DNA of 64,000 bases. It comes from Eledone cirrhosa. Lineage: Eukaryota. A program made the translations under genes and the position numbers. Every line of letters starts with the position of its first letter. Position 1 is the stretch's first letter. The DNA lies in the NCBI GenBank assembly GCA_964016885.1, contig OZ024743.1, positions 345,960,001-346,024,000 of the forward strand. The letters run 5' to 3'. Under the pieces are notes generated by a model. It was not told where the DNA came from, ran no database searches, and worked only from the letters and a program-made list of their open reading frames with translations. Below are positions 1 to 14,625 of this stretch, one piece after another.

Positions 1-147
1 GTGCGTGTTTGAATGGTGGGTAGATGTAATTTTAAAATGAGTGAGATAAAGAAAGAATAAAAAATAACAGTACTTAGGTTTCTTTGTTGACAAGGTGATT
101 AAATGAATAATATATATATATCTATATTCACACTTTCTCTATCTTCA

Positions 148-200
<53 letters not shown>

Positions 201-269
201 GCTCACACACATACATACATACATAAATACATACATATATATATACATATATATATACATATATACACG

Positions 270-306
<37 letters not shown>

Positions 307-362
307 GTATGCATATATATATATGTGTGTGTGTGTGTGCATGTATATCTGATCAGTATGTA

Positions 363-405
<43 letters not shown>

Positions 406-799
406 GTATATGATACACTTTTGAAACTATATTTAAAAATTGGGGAAGGTAAGACATTTCTCCGGTAACAACTTTATAGTGGTACTTCAAACGTTCAGTG
501 CATTACAGGGTGGGATATTTTCTTCCTGGTGATATTATTTAGACGCCCAAATTTGGTGTCAGTGCAGAAAGTGGGGAGTGTATTTCGTTTTTTGTTTGTA
601 TTTTGGTTGTTGTTTTTGTTGTTTTAAGCTGTTCAATTAAAAATACTTGCAAATCGAAATAAAGATACCGAAGTAAAAACCAATAAACATCATGTTTATA
701 GCACTTATAATTAATGGAATGGAATAATTGGCTACCAACCGCATTTCATGTAACATCAATATCTATGTAGTCCAGAATAAAACTCTAGTTACTTAGGAA

Positions 800-3060
800 A
801 TTAAGTGACATATTCTTTATTGCTCCCTGGTTCCTAGTTTTACTCGACCCTTCAGGAAATTATACCACGGACTGACGGGACGATTTCTCTCACCTGTGTT
901 CTCCCTATTTATGAATATGTCACACATAGATCTCTGACGATAGTGATTACAGCATTCGTACTCTTTCCATATGGGACCTTCTGGCGTTAACCTTGTTATC
1001 ACTACTATTATCTTACCCTGTTTGCTTTCTTTCCCTTGTCTTCTTCTTCCGGGAAGATGCCTCATATGTAGCATTGATACCACATGTTTAGCAAAGTTGA
1101 TTCCCTAAATCATCAGTTAGAACTCTTCTTCGCTCAATCCCATCATGTACAGGTTCCGGAATATCATTGTAGTTTTAAGGGATCATAAGCTCTTAGAGAT
1201 TCATACGGATCCCACTTACCAAAAGATTATTGAAAATGATCGCCATTTTCTTTGAGGACGGAAAAAATCGCAAAGATTGTCCGTAGGTGACAATATCTGA
1301 AACTATTGTCAAAATGTCCATGAAGCTCAGGTATGGAGCACAGGCGTGTGCATATTATTATGTCTATTATTGCTTGCAAAGGCCAATTCATACAGTACAA
1401 ACGTACGTATGATGTACATTCATTTATTTAACAAATGAGGAATTGAGACAAAATAATAATTGTTTCTACTTTAGGCACAAGGCCAGCAATTACCCAGTGC
1501 ATTACTGGTGGTTTCTGATTTAGGCAGAAGGCCAACAATTTGGAAGAAAGGAAAGTCCATTAAATCTACTCCAGTGCGTTACTGGTACATTATTGTATCG
1601 ACCCCTTGTTGGAATTTGAACTCAGAACGTAAAGGGTAGTAACTCTAAGCCACAAAGAATTGTATCGGACGAATAATAATATCCAAATGATTTAACCATT
1701 TTGTGCGCGTACTATACACATATATAAAACTAAAACAACCCACACATACAGTTGTTCCTGGCATTGAGGTAGCTTATCGATGTAATATTTCCAGAATTCA
1801 AACGTGAGTACCTTTCCCCTAATCTCTAAGTTTCCCGTATTATCTGGACATTGCATCAGATTCTATATGTAGACGGACTAATTTTCCCCAACAATCTTCA
1901 ATTTGAAAGTTTTTGGTATTCGTGCCATTTCCTCTCCTATGAGCATATAAATTACTGTCCTATCTTTATTCTCCATCTCAAACAGTCTCTTACTTTCTTA
2001 TTGTCTGAGTACACTCATTTCCCCCTTCATTAGTTTCTTACTAATGCCCCATTCTTCACTAATCTCCAGCTACAACAGAGCATTGCAAACGTGAAGGGGT
2101 CGTAATATTGTTTGTAGAGACAGGAAATCTCTCAGATAGACTTCTCTGTGTTGTCGTCGCTGCTACAAGAATTATAGATACTGATATGGTATCATTTGCT
2201 TCTGTTCTGATTATGCTTATGCCTGTGACCAATGGTGCTAAAGCAACAAGGATAATCGCAGACATGGTTTTCATATTTATGATTTGCTGCTATAAGCAAT
2301 GCTACCCATGCTGGTGAGTGCCACTTTCTTTGCTACTTTGCTTGTACTTTCACTTCTCCTAGCAGAATAACTTTCTGTGTCCGTTACTATCTGAGTTCAT
2401 TTGTCCTACCCTCAATCTTTTACAGTTACACGAAATCCTTTTGATCGTCAGGGGCCATCAGTACCTGGGGATCCAGGCAGATTTCACTCGATCACCTGTA
2501 ATTGCTTGTCAACTCTATGCTCACAAAATATTGTTTATATTGCGCAAATGTGGTGAGAGGATAAAGGTTGTCTTCCTTGCAACTATCTCTTGATGTTATT
2601 GTACTGTTTTTGAAATCCATGTTCTGTGAAACCAGCCTTTTTGCAGGCCCGTGGTGCATCATATTAACCTATGTGCTCATCTTACACATTAGGAAGCCTT
2701 TCCAATTGATAAAACACAATTTCTAACAGACATTGACGAGTGATCTTTTTAAGTGTGAAAACTCCCCTCATGGTTTGAGAAAACATCGGTACGTCACATT
2801 CCATCTAATCACTTCCTGGATAAATTCTTCAATTCAGGAGCTTAGAGATTAATATGCCAGACGTGTTCTAGTTTCTTTGACGTTAAGGTTTCTCTCGAGA
2901 GGCGACTCCAGTTCGTCACAAGTTTAAAACCCAGCTCATGTTGGTGCTCATTTGTTCACGCCATTGACGTGAAAGATCACGAAATGAAGTGTATTCTCAC
3001 GAAGTCAATGCAGTGCCCGGTCCGAGAAGTCAGACGAACTTCTTGATACCATTTGTCTGT
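800..3060 (-). mobile_element. Highly decayed Gypsy-like LTR retrotransposon relic (gag region), interrupted by SINEs
   Basis: The minus strand has a PBS-like ACAAA-TGGTATCAAGAAGT near 3040-3055. Broken frames give KAGFTEHGFQ (similar to the TEEGFR motif of SCAN-like Gypsy gag) and a degenerate zinc-knuckle-like C..EEWGH near 2050-2075. Many stops and frameshifts. Confidence 0.35.
1458..1690 (-). mobile_element. tRNA-derived Meta-domain SINE (two partial tandem copies)
   Basis: GGCACAAGGCCAGCAATT...ACTGGTAC...TATCGACCCC...GATTTGAACTCAG matches the SINE family seen intact at 41947-42128. Confidence 0.75.
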
Positions 3061-3195
3061 ACCTTCATTTCATTAAGCTGGAAACAAGTTCCTTCTATTG
3101 CTATTAATGTGTAAGCAGTTAGTTTTATTTAACTCTGCGTTTTCATTAATTAGATTGTAAAGTCTGTTTTCATATTTATTGATTTTTAGGTTTAT

Positions 3196-3254
3196 CTATC
3201 TGTCTTCTAAAATCTTATCTGTCTTCTAAAATCTTATCTGTCTTCTAAAATCTT
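3196..3254. repeat. 19-bp tandem repeat x3 (TATCTGTCTTCTAAAATCT)
   Basis: Directly visible triplication. Confidence 0.9.
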
Positions 3255-3979
3255 TTGATAGTTTACAAAAATTTTAAAACTCTTCGCAACGTATTCGCTG
3301 TTTCAAGCCTTGTGGTTAGTACTCTATACTGAAATGTGACCCTACCCAGCCACCAATAGACATAGCAAATTTGATGTTTGCAAAAATATCTCCATACTAT
3401 AAAACTGTTTAAGGTCAAATACTATTTCTACTCAAGGATGACGTTCGAATATTCGGAAACCCATTGTTGGTAAAAAGAATAAAACTTTTTTTGTCATGAC
3501 GTAATTTCTGGGAGAAATTGCGTTTTAAATTGCGAAACGTGACCGTTCTTAGTGAAAAAGAACAGCAACACCAACGATGATAATGGGGATGGTGATGAAG
3601 ATGATGATGATGCATGTTTAATTTAGTCACGCATCCACCATAATGTTGTATAAATAAGAGCCGTTAGTAGAGCGACGGGTATCACGGTGAGAGTGGGGAA
3701 AAGGTGTTTTTAAAAGGAAACTTTGGTGCAAATAAGACACCAATCGGGCACGAACACCCCACCATGCTATCATGGTGTCTACCATCAGGGTAGAAACTTG
3801 TTATCACGACTAGTTATGCCATCGTTGATAGTGACGTCAGCGTTTCTTGTCACCACCAGCTTTGGTTGTCCTCACTGCTGGTCTTATCACGGAAACGGAA
3901 GTAACATCATCATCAACAACAACAGCAATATCAATATCGCAAAAACAACAGAGCTAATAACAGTTGTAATGATTTTATT

Positions 3980-4569
3980 AAGAAGAAGAAGAAGAAGAAA
4001 AAGAAGAAGAAGAAGAAGAAGAAGAAGAAGAAGAAGAAGAAGAAGAAGAAGATGGCTTTATTGGCCATTTTGGCAAATAAAAATAATCACGAAAATAATA
4101 GTAATTGTAGAGCCAGTATACTAGTAGGCGCTGTATGCACATTTTCGCTGTGCATGTGCTGCATATATTTAACACATACATACAGAGAGAAAGACATGTA
4201 TGCACGCTTCCTGACTTAACTCCATAGCTAGTAGCTACTGGTAACTGAAAATGCTGGTATTGACAGCCTATGTGATGCTGGTGCCGATGACGTCACTTTT
4301 GTCGTGCAGGTGTTCTCATCGAATCCGCTACCACCACCACCACCAACACCACCCCTACTCACCACCTCTGCCACCAACACTACTACTACGACCACCAACA
4401 CTACTACCACGACGACGACGACCACCACCACCACCACCACAACCACACACATCACCAACAACATCGACGCCACCACCACTGCAGCTGCCAATGTCGCTGC
4501 TGCTGCTGCTACTACTACTACTTCTACTACTACTACTACTACTCCTACTACTACTACGACCACCACCTA

Positions 4570-4644
<75 letters not shown>

Positions 4645-4650
4645 AACTAT
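3980..4650. repeat. (GAA)n and compound (CAC/TAC/GAC)n trinucleotide microsatellites
   Basis: Pure triplet runs that account for the poly-R/S/T/V ORFs. Confidence 0.95.
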
Positions 4651-4879
4651 ATGAGTTGAAAAGAACGTTACTCGCACTGCCTGTGTAAATTGTTACTAAG
4701 AATATTACTATAACTAAACACAATCATCATTCGACTACACGAGAATAGGGCTACAACCCTCACGCACTGACTACAGTTTCTCTAATCCACTGTGAGTGAA
4801 TATTCAAGATCCCTTATGAAATTAAACTCAGAAAGAAAACACACGAAACAGATATCGCATGTCATCTCAATTGTCACTT

Positions 4880-4990
4880 TAATAATTCTGTATTGGTACT
4901 TTATTTCTCGACCCCTACATTCTGAAAGGCAACGTTCACTAAGATGAGATTTGGACTAAGATCATAGAGAGTCGGAGCAAATATCGGAAA
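4880..4990 (-). mobile_element. Meta-domain SINE fragment (old)
   Basis: TTGGTACTTTATTTCTCGACCCC...GAAAGGCAA...GATTTGGACTAAG. Confidence 0.6.
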
Positions 4991-6244
4991 AACTACGTTC
5001 TAAAGTCTGGCTGTTCAAGGCTTGCACCTTCATTAAAGTAACTACAATTGGGGAATAATATTTGTTTAACTTTGACATCATATTCTAAATCTTTTCAAAT
5101 ATCAAGCTTATAAAAAAAAAATTGTTGTAGCCCATTAATTATTTTTTCTTAGTGAGTTATCAATATCTCGCAACATCATTTATCTACTTAATTTTCCGCC
5201 ATGTTCTAAGATCTCAAAATAAAATTCACCGCCGAATATTTGTAAAAGGTGACCAGGTTGGGCTCAATTGCACGATATACGTAGGGATTATTTGTGATTT
5301 GCTAATGTATGTTGAAACGCAGTTTTGAAACCTCTGGCTTAGCCTTTGAAAATAGGGCAATGGCTATGATGTTTTAAAGGGTTATCAAGCCCTGATCTGA
5401 ATGTGAACTGGATCTACTAAATATGCAATATAAGCCGGTGTTATCCTTAAACCCTGTAGCCTATTGATGCCCATGTCACCATAAAATAAGAACGATGAAT
5501 GCAGCGTTTGTCCATATTTTCCTTGGTGGAAATTTCTCTGACTAAGCTTTGGTCAAGCCGCAAATATAAAATGCAAAATATTACATATTTTTCATTGCCA
5601 CAACAAAATTTGATGATGTTTGTAATTCCACCAGTTACACACACACACACACACACACACACACGTATATATATATATATATATGGCTGTTTAGGCGATG
5701 TAAATTTCTCCTGTACGGAGAAATTGTAATCTTGATATGTTTGCATATATTCAGTGTCTATATTCATATATAAGTTCACGCAACCCTTATTAACTCTCTA
5801 ATATATACTGACAAACGAATTTATCGCACACATGCGCGTACACACACACACACACGCGCGCGCACACGCAAGAATGTGTGTGTGTATGTGTGTGTATCTG
5901 TGTGATGTGTCACTTTATAACCCGTACTTAACGTTTAGATAACTACAAAACGAAATTAAATACTGGGTACAACGTGATCAACTAAAACTATTGATTACAC
6001 TACATGGATTTAGTTATACAACTGAATCTATTAAAATGATAAAAGTGTATGCGACTGTCTAATTCTTCCTTCAAGCTAGATGCTTCTCAGGACGTATATT
6101 ATCTCCTTTTCATGTGATTTATGGAACTGAAATCACAATATTCTGCGTTGGTCAGGACAGCAGTGTATCAACATTTTAATCCCAACCTTCTGGTGTTACC
6201 CCAGTCCATGCATAGAGCCCATGACCGTGTGATCCTCTGACATA

Positions 6245-6440
6245 ACAATTGTTTCGATTTTGGGGACAAGTCCAGTAATTATATCTGTACATTACTGGTA
6301 CTTTATTTTATCGACCCCGTAAGGATGGAAAGCAAAGGTAACTTCGCCAGGATTTGAACTCAGATCGTAAAGGGGCGTAACTCTATGTTGCAAAGCATGG
6401 CGTCCGACCCTCTGCCGATATTACCAATCAATCGTCCTCA
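6245..6440 (-). mobile_element. Meta-domain SINE, near full length
   Basis: ACTGGTACTTTATTTTATCGACCCCGTAAGGATGGAAAGC...GATTTGAACTCAG...GCATGGCGTCCGACCC. Confidence 0.85.
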
Positions 6441-6539
6441 GACATAATAATATAACAATGTACTAAATGCTTTACATGGGAACAAAAGAAATATTTCATT
6501 AGAAACTATTTGGTATTCGTTTCTTATATCAATGATAAT

Positions 6540-6680
6540 TCGACAGAATCGGTAGAGTAGCAGATACATTTCCGTGTCGGATTTATTGCGATTACTTTAC
6601 CTCAGGCGTTTGAAACCAACCGATGTTGACCATGCTTTTCATCTTAAAAGAGTAGGTAAAATAAAGTGCCAGTTATTTAC
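6540..6680 (+). mobile_element. Meta-domain SINE, diverged, opposite orientation
   Basis: A-box-like GACAGAATCGGTAGAG followed by GTTGACCATGCTTTTCATC...GTAAAATAAAGTGCCAG. Confidence 0.6.
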
Positions 6681-6914
6681 TTTTCAATGTCAGTTATTTA
6701 CTTTTCAATTGACTAAAACCAATAATTTTCAAAACAGTCTACCGAGAATAAAGATTAAAGACACGGAAAATATTTGTTGCTGTTTAGCTCCAGGTCAACC
6801 TCCACGACCAAGCGCATTAGTCATCAACGCGCAACAAAATATATAGAAAATCATGAGTGAAATTTCCATTGCATCTAACAATATACGGTTCCAGCATAAA
6901 TATAATATTATGTT

Positions 6915-7090
6915 GTAGTTTAGCTACAAGCCCAACAATTTGTAGAAATCGATCATATCGACCCCACTATATCACTGATTCTTTTTATATTGAACCCGAA
7001 AGAATGAAAGGCAAAGATGACTTCGGCTGAATTTCAACTTAGATGGTCAAAATTTGGAACACAGGATGCTGTCAATAATATCAGAATCAC
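6915..7090 (-). mobile_element. Meta-domain SINE, diverged
   Basis: ACAAGCCCAACAATTT...TCGACCCC...GAATGAAAGGCAAAGATGACTTCGGC. Confidence 0.6.
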
Positions 7091-7900
7091 CAATAATACC
7101 AGAAATGGTGCACTAGCCATTATTATCTATATTGTTTACCTCCTGTAAATTGCCACTAGATGCTATTCCGCTGAGAAAAGAAATCCTTCTTTTGTTGGTA
7201 TCTCATCTAGCAATCAACTGACAATGCTCTGATGGATGTTGATAGATGTCATGGTGTCTATAACGGCATGCTTATTGAAAACTTGTTGAAAGAAATTACT
7301 CCATTTCATGAAAATACATCTAGACTATGAGAAAGCTTCACATTCATAAATTCATGTTAATATGACTAACATATTCTTCTTGATATCCAAATGTCTTTGC
7401 CTCTTTTATAGAATCATTTAACATATGTTTTCAACACAAGAAAGTTTGACTTTGGTGATCTTCCTTATTTTTGTTACAGTATACAAATATCTATATACGC
7501 TGTTATAGTGGATTAATATGTTATCATTCATTATTAAATCTGATTTTCTGTAAGCTTATGTTCAATTCATGGGTATTTTTCCTGAAACCAATTTGTTGTT
7601 CACCATCAGGGTTCCCAATACCAGGTTTAGCTCTGTCATCACAACTTTCGGATAGCTGGAATCCACCCCTAATTGCATGTCCAATTATTTTAGTGCCTCG
7701 GAAATCTTTTATTCTAAGTTCACCTTAAGACAGGTACTACGAATGTTTTCTGTCAAGCTTGGTAAGTATTGTTAGGCCTTTATGCTTATAGCGTACGTTG
7801 AAACCGGCCATATATATCAATACAGCAGTTTTCACCTCACATAATTCTGGTAATATGTATGTCTCATTTGCCATACTGCTTTCTAACGATCATGATGATT
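7090..7900 (-). mobile_element. Decayed LINE reverse-transcriptase fragment
   Basis: The minus strand gives EQQIGFRK and a KAF motif in RT order, in broken frames. Confidence 0.35.
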
Positions 7901-8687
7901 ACATTGATCTTTAGCTCCAGGGCATCTCTGAGTGTGCAGACCTATAACATCCTTTCCTTTTCTGTATCACTGTCAAATATGTGCTACTATATTTACATAT
8001 GAAGGATATTTAGCTGTTATTTCCAGTAGAATACTCAGTGAAAATCTCCATATGGGGTGGTCATAGTACAGCTGTTACAGTTGAAATTATTGATGCTATC
8101 TTCGTAATTGTGTTTACCTCTCCTTCGAAGGAATTTGATAATCTAACGAAGTTAATTTACCCTCTATAGTCAAGGTCGAAATTAATTAATATTGTGAATG
8201 CAGGAACAAATAATAATTAAGATACAACGACAACATCATCATCATCATCCTCAAACAAGAACAACAAGAACACGAACAACATCAATAATAATTATAATAA
8301 TAATGTTAACTTACAGGTGAGTGTAAATGCATGCATTTATAAACGCACCTGCATCTCAATTTCAAATTCTGCCATTCGTATAACTGCATTATCTCAATCA
8401 CAACATCACACTGTGTACACGTGACGAAGAATAGTGGCACGAGTATGCATCAATTTCATTGCATATGTGTCCAAATGCAATACTGCAATTTCATGCTGAT
8501 GTATTCATATGTCAGAAACATCATTCGATCACGTAATCTCCATATAATTCTGTCACGCCGTCTTTTATATGCATTTGAATTTACATAGACATACACACAA
8601 GCAACAACTATATCTCTCTCTTTCTCTCTTTATCTTTCTATCTCTCTCCCTTTCCCTTTCTCTCCACTCTTTCCCTCTCTGAATTTA

Positions 8688-8764
<77 letters not shown>

Positions 8765-9844
8765 CGAGGAATATATGTATGCATAAATGTGTGTGTATGT
8801 ATATATATATATATATAAAGAGAGAGAAAGGGAGAGAGAGAGAGAGATACATGTGTGTGTGTGTGCGAACAAATGGATGGGTGTGTGTGTATGTGTGTTC
8901 ACGAAGAAGCATGTAGGTATACATAGAACATAATGCGCCTTGTGTGACTAATCATTCGTTACTTTATTGCTTTTGCATATTACACAATGCTATTGAGAAT
9001 TTCGCGACACCAAACAAAACCTTATTTTATTATAGGGCAGAAAACAGTTTCATGTTTATTTGAATTATTTAACTCATACTTTTAATTATAGATGACACTA
9101 TAGTATTCGTGCCATTTGTCTCAATCTGCTCAGCATACAGATGATTTCTTAAGATACTTCTTGTTTTCATGAAGAAATTTATAAATTAATTTCTTTAAAA
9201 AATCCCTTATTGTTCGCAATGCATGATTTTGTTTAATTGTTCATAAGATCTGTACATATTTACACACAGTATTGCTCGTTCCTATATTATACGATGTTTT
9301 TAATTATTATATATCTATGTCCGCTTAACATTTGTTAATATTTCACTGTATTTCAAATATAAACAAAATCGAATCAACTTTTTTAAACAAAAATATTAAT
9401 AATATTTTCTTGTAAAACAACTTTTTACAGAAAAAAAAGAAATAGAAACGTATATTTGGCAAACATTTCCAACAGCATTTCAGAAGAAATCTCGACGTAA
9501 GTGAATTCATGTTTTGAGCTATATATCAAAATCTAATGACAGCTAAAACGAAAGATCAATCATATATAAAACCTTGTTATATATATATATATATTAAACT
9601 AAATATATGCATATATTAAATGTATTCTCCAGATTCAAGTTTGTATTTCTATCAGTCGCTTTACAATTGCTAAAATCTTGGATGGAAATTCCCTCTTGTA
9701 TTAAAAAGTACCTATTGAAATGTAAAATCTAATACAACAGATTAGCGTAAAGAACTGAAAATACTGAGAATTTTTTTGTATACCAACTTCTATAACCGAT
9801 GTAATATCAGCTTACATAAATTACCACTATTGTAATAGTAGAGT

Positions 9845-10135
9845 GGAGGTAGCATGGTGGAATTGTTATGGACTTAATCTTGCAATCATTACGTGCCAAG
9901 TTCAAATCAACTGCCTGGTATCTTATTATAGATATTAGGTAGCGGGAGATTGAATACACGCTGAAAACACTGTGCATTTAATTTAAAGAGTCAAAGAGAT
10001 GTGTCATTAGGTGCTTCCCTAATAATCGCGTTAAGGATGCACGTATTGGTGGAATGCTCAGACACTTACAAAATATTCTCCTGAGAAGGCTGCTCTATCG
10101 ATCTAACAACTGGAACAATAGACCTCGCAATCGAT
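9845..10135 (+). mobile_element. Second tRNA-derived SINE family copy (diverged)
   Basis: tRNA-like head (GCATGGTGGAATTGTTATG...AGTTCAAATC B-box-like) followed by a body different from the Meta-domain SINE. Confidence 0.5.
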
Positions 10136-10951
10136 CAGATACTTATAAATGAAATTAAAGAGAAGTAGACACTTTGGTAGAAGGAAACCAATTATTTGCT
10201 GAATCACGCAGTGTATTAATTTCAGGGTACCCGTGCCTATCCAGTATACAGCTAATTAATGGTTAATTGAATGTGTAGGCCGTAACGTTTGTCGGAAAAT
10301 TGAAACAGTCATCTTCACAACATCCGCTGGTCTATATGCGATAAAGAACGTGGTAGATTATCATAGTCGTGGCGTAAAATGAGTTTATATTAGTGATGAC
10401 AGTGGCGGTTTTCTCACAAGAAGGAATTATTAGGGTGTTTTATTTATTATTATAAAAGGCGCTCACATTTTTCTCGTTGATGTCGTTGAATAAAACAATT
10501 AAGTAAGGCGTTTCAGGGATAACATTCCCATCTTTATTTGATTGCGGATTATTATATTCTCTAAAGTGTCCTTCTGGTTTTAATCAACATAATGGTATGT
10601 AACTGCAATTTCTAGCTAGAGTACAATTCAGCAAGTGATAGCGTTGCTGTTCTCATTGGTGGTATTAAAAGCATTGATGGATGGAAATCTGGATAAGATT
10701 TGTTGATGCTAGTGACCGAACAGTAATTAATAGAATTGTTTACACACATGTATAGGACAACCACACAATAATTTGCAAGCGCGCACACACACATATATGT
10801 ATATATATATATATATATACATATATATACATATGTATTTATATACATATATATACATATGTATACCTATGTATATGTATACATATATATACATATGTAT
10901 ATATATATATACATACATATATAATGCAGGAAGATACATCAATATATATAC

Positions 10952-10987
<36 letters not shown>

Positions 10988-11009
10988 GTGTGTGTATATA
11001 TATATATAT

Positions 11010-11122
<113 letters not shown>

Positions 11123-11666
11123 ATTTATATATATATAAATATATATATATAACTGTGTGTGTGCGCGTGTTTATGTGTGTATGTGTATGCATATATCTAC
11201 GTTTGTATATAGCATATACATATACATAGTATATATATATATACAGTAAATGTGTGCGTATCTGCTTATGTATGAATATCTCTGTGTGTGTGTGTGTATA
11301 TATATATTTGTGTATCTGGGGGAGAATGCAGAGGCGCGCATTATACAGTTATTGTTCGTAATAAACTTCCGGCGCCTTTCGTTTGAAGTGATCTGATGGC
11401 CGGTTTATAAAGGACTTTCATTAGAACGATTGTTAGATGGCTGTGGACATAAGGAGAAATGTGGAGATGGATGTGAATGAAGGACACACAAATGGTCAGA
11501 GTGGCAAGGAGAGATATGCATAGATATTCCGAAATTTATATACATTGAAACGTCTCAAGTTGTGGTATGTAACATAGTCATATTCACATAGACATCTACA
11601 CACAATCATACATATATATGTATATGTGTATATATATATATAGTTGTGTGTGTGTGGGTGTGTGTG

Positions 11667-11737
<71 letters not shown>

Positions 11738-11741
11738 GTGT

Positions 11742-11863
<122 letters not shown>

Positions 11864-12075
11864 AGAGTAGGAAGAGTGGCATGGATACAGAAAGAAAAAT
11901 AAATATACATTAATGAATAAATGACCAACAGATATGTATTTCTATAGATAAATAGAATGATTCATAAATATTAAAAAATGAACTGAAAATGGCTAGTTAT
12001 ATTCTAACGTTGCCGCAGACAGGATATGTTTAAAGACGCATAAACAAACACGCACACACACGCACAGTCACACAC

Positions 12076-12149
<74 letters not shown>

Positions 12150-12249
12150 CACACACACACACGGAGTCACATACACAGACACACACTCACATATATATAA
12201 ATAAATAAAAAATAAATAAATATATATACATATATATATATATATATAA

Positions 12250-12500
12250 ACGGAACAAATGAAACGAAATTTCATTTCCCACTCTTAGTACGGCTGTTAC
12301 TTAAATATAAGTATGTATACGTACATACATACCTGTACATACATCAATACGTACATATATATATATGTGTGCATGTATGTATATATATATATATACATAC
12401 TACTGTACGTCTGTATACATGTATGTATGTACGTATACATACTTATATATATATATATAATAATAATATACGTATATATATATATATCCATATACTCGTA
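12250..12500 (-). repeat. Dispersed repeat; inverted homolog of 43830-43985
   Basis: The reverse complement reads TACTAAGAGTGGGAAATGAAATTTCGTTTCATTT, as at 43939, and the same terminus occurs at 43519. Confidence 0.75.
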
Positions 12501-12807
12501 CATATGGATATTTATGGACACTGAAAGCGTTCTTCGTAAACATATGAGAGATTTAGAGTAGGTGAGGGGAGGGAGAATATGTGAACCTCAATATTCGAAA
12601 CCGCAAGCTGTTAATGTAATTTATGTTACTTCAGAAAATACTAAATATTTCTCTAGGCAAATCAGTATATATATATATGCATATATGCATGTAAATATAT
12701 ATATATATATATATATATATCACATAACCTTCTATCTCTTTAGCCATCTCCTGGAAAATACAATTGCATACATCAGGGTGTATTTGCATGAGTATATACA
12801 AGACGGG

Positions 12808-13010
12808 AAGGTGGTGGATTGACAGAATCGTTAGCCTGTAACATTTAGTTACTGTTATTTATAGTTAGAGTTCATATTTCACCGAGATCAACATAGCCTT
12901 AATATCATCTGTGGTAAATAAAATAACAGTCTAGTATTGAGGTCGATTTAATCGACTTTCCCTTCCACCTCAAAATCGCTGGCCTAGTATTAATATTTCA
13001 AACTGTTATT
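12808..13010 (+). mobile_element. Meta-domain SINE
   Basis: GGTGGTGGATTGACAGAATCG head, GAGTTCATATTTCACCGAG, and a GCTGGCCTAGT tail. Confidence 0.7.
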
Positions 13011-13300
13011 AATGCTGCGTCGTACAGCGTCCTAAAATATTTAGGTGTCAGTGGAATTCATAAAACAACGGAATAACAAAGTAACCCAACAGAGAATAAA
13101 GGTGAGTTCAAATGAGTATTTCTACTCAAACAACTGACTAATGTCTATGAGAACAGACACGGTTAAAAGGCAGGAAATATAGAAAATTTCATACAAAAGG
13201 AGGCTGCCCGTGCAAATGAGCGATAGTTTGAATCAAATCAAAGATGGGAGCGTAGCAAAGCAACAACAATGTAACCGAAAAGATTATATTTATATACATA

Positions 13301-13396
<96 letters not shown>

Positions 13397-13399
<3 letters not shown>

Positions 13400-13472
13400 T
13401 CTGTTGAATATAGAGTGGTAATTTTGGCATACCGCCTATGGCAGCGCCCTAGCTACCATTATACACAAGTAT
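13397..13472 (+). repeat. Short dispersed element between TA tracts; inverted homolog at 60571-60647
   Basis: TACTCTGTTGAATATAGAGTGGTAATTTTGGCATACCGCCTATGG...TATACACAAGTATA matches the reverse complement of 60571-60647. Confidence 0.75.
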
Positions 13473-13495
13473 ATATATATATATACGTGTGTGTG

Positions 13496-13534
<39 letters not shown>

Positions 13535-13847
13535 ATAAGTAAAAGAAGCACAAGAAAATACCTTTGTTTTCAGTACAGAGAAACATCTGTCCATTGATTT
13601 TGAAAAAAAACGGGATAATTGGGAATTAGAAGAATTAGGCTTTTAGAGATCAAGACAGCAAGAAATGGTTGAACGTGAAAGTGGATCTAAAAAAATGCCT
13701 GTGTGTGTGCGTGTATGTGTGTGTGTGTGTGTGTATGTGTGTGTTCGTATATTGGAAAAACGTTGGAGAAAATCATAGTATTTTGTGATCGAAAGATCGA
13801 AACAAATATTGAGAAAATGGATAGAAACCACCGTAAGAGGGTGGAGA

Positions 13848-14420
13848 CGAAGAAGAAGAAGAAGAAGAAGAAGAAGAAGAAGAAGAAGAAGAAGAAGAAG
13901 AAGAAGAAGAAGAAGAAGAAGAAGAAGAAGAAGAAGAAGAAGAAGAAATAACCTAGGGCAAACTGACTTGAAATAAATGAAAATAGTTTTAATGGCCGAG
14001 AACGATTTATAGTTAGTTGGCGGTGCTGTCCTACTTTTCATAATAACGTTAACACGGTGACCACTAACATTTTCTTCTCAACCACCACCACCACCACCAC
14101 CTCCATTAAAACGTATAGAAAAAAAAATAACTAACACCACTTCCAGTGCTACTAACAGCAATATTGCTGACCGCATGTTCAATAGATCCAAATGTGAAAG
14201 TACATATAGAAAATGGTAAATATGTTGCAACCATTTAGAAAACAAATGAAAAACAGTCCAGATGGAATGGACTTTTTATCAAGAATTCACTCACTTCTAC
14301 AATTGTTAGGAATCCTCAACGTTACTATTGTTGCTGTTGTTATCATTATTATTATTTTTATTATCAATATTCTTCTTCTGCTTCTTCTTCTTCTTCTTCT
14401 TATTATTATTATTATTATTA

Positions 14421-14516
<96 letters not shown>

Positions 14517-14531
14517 TTATTATTATTATTC

Positions 14532-14616
<85 letters not shown>

Positions 14617-14625
14617 TAGTAGCAA
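13848..14625. repeat. (GAA)n, (TTA)n, (TAG)n and (CAG)n microsatellite cluster
   Basis: Pure triplet runs. Confidence 0.95.

Noticed and set aside
2059-2274. 71-aa minus-strand ORF with a signal-peptide-like N-terminus (MKTMSAIILVALAPLVTG)
   Set aside because: It lies inside the probable decayed gag region and has no dibasic cleavage sites, cysteine pattern or other support as a secreted peptide.
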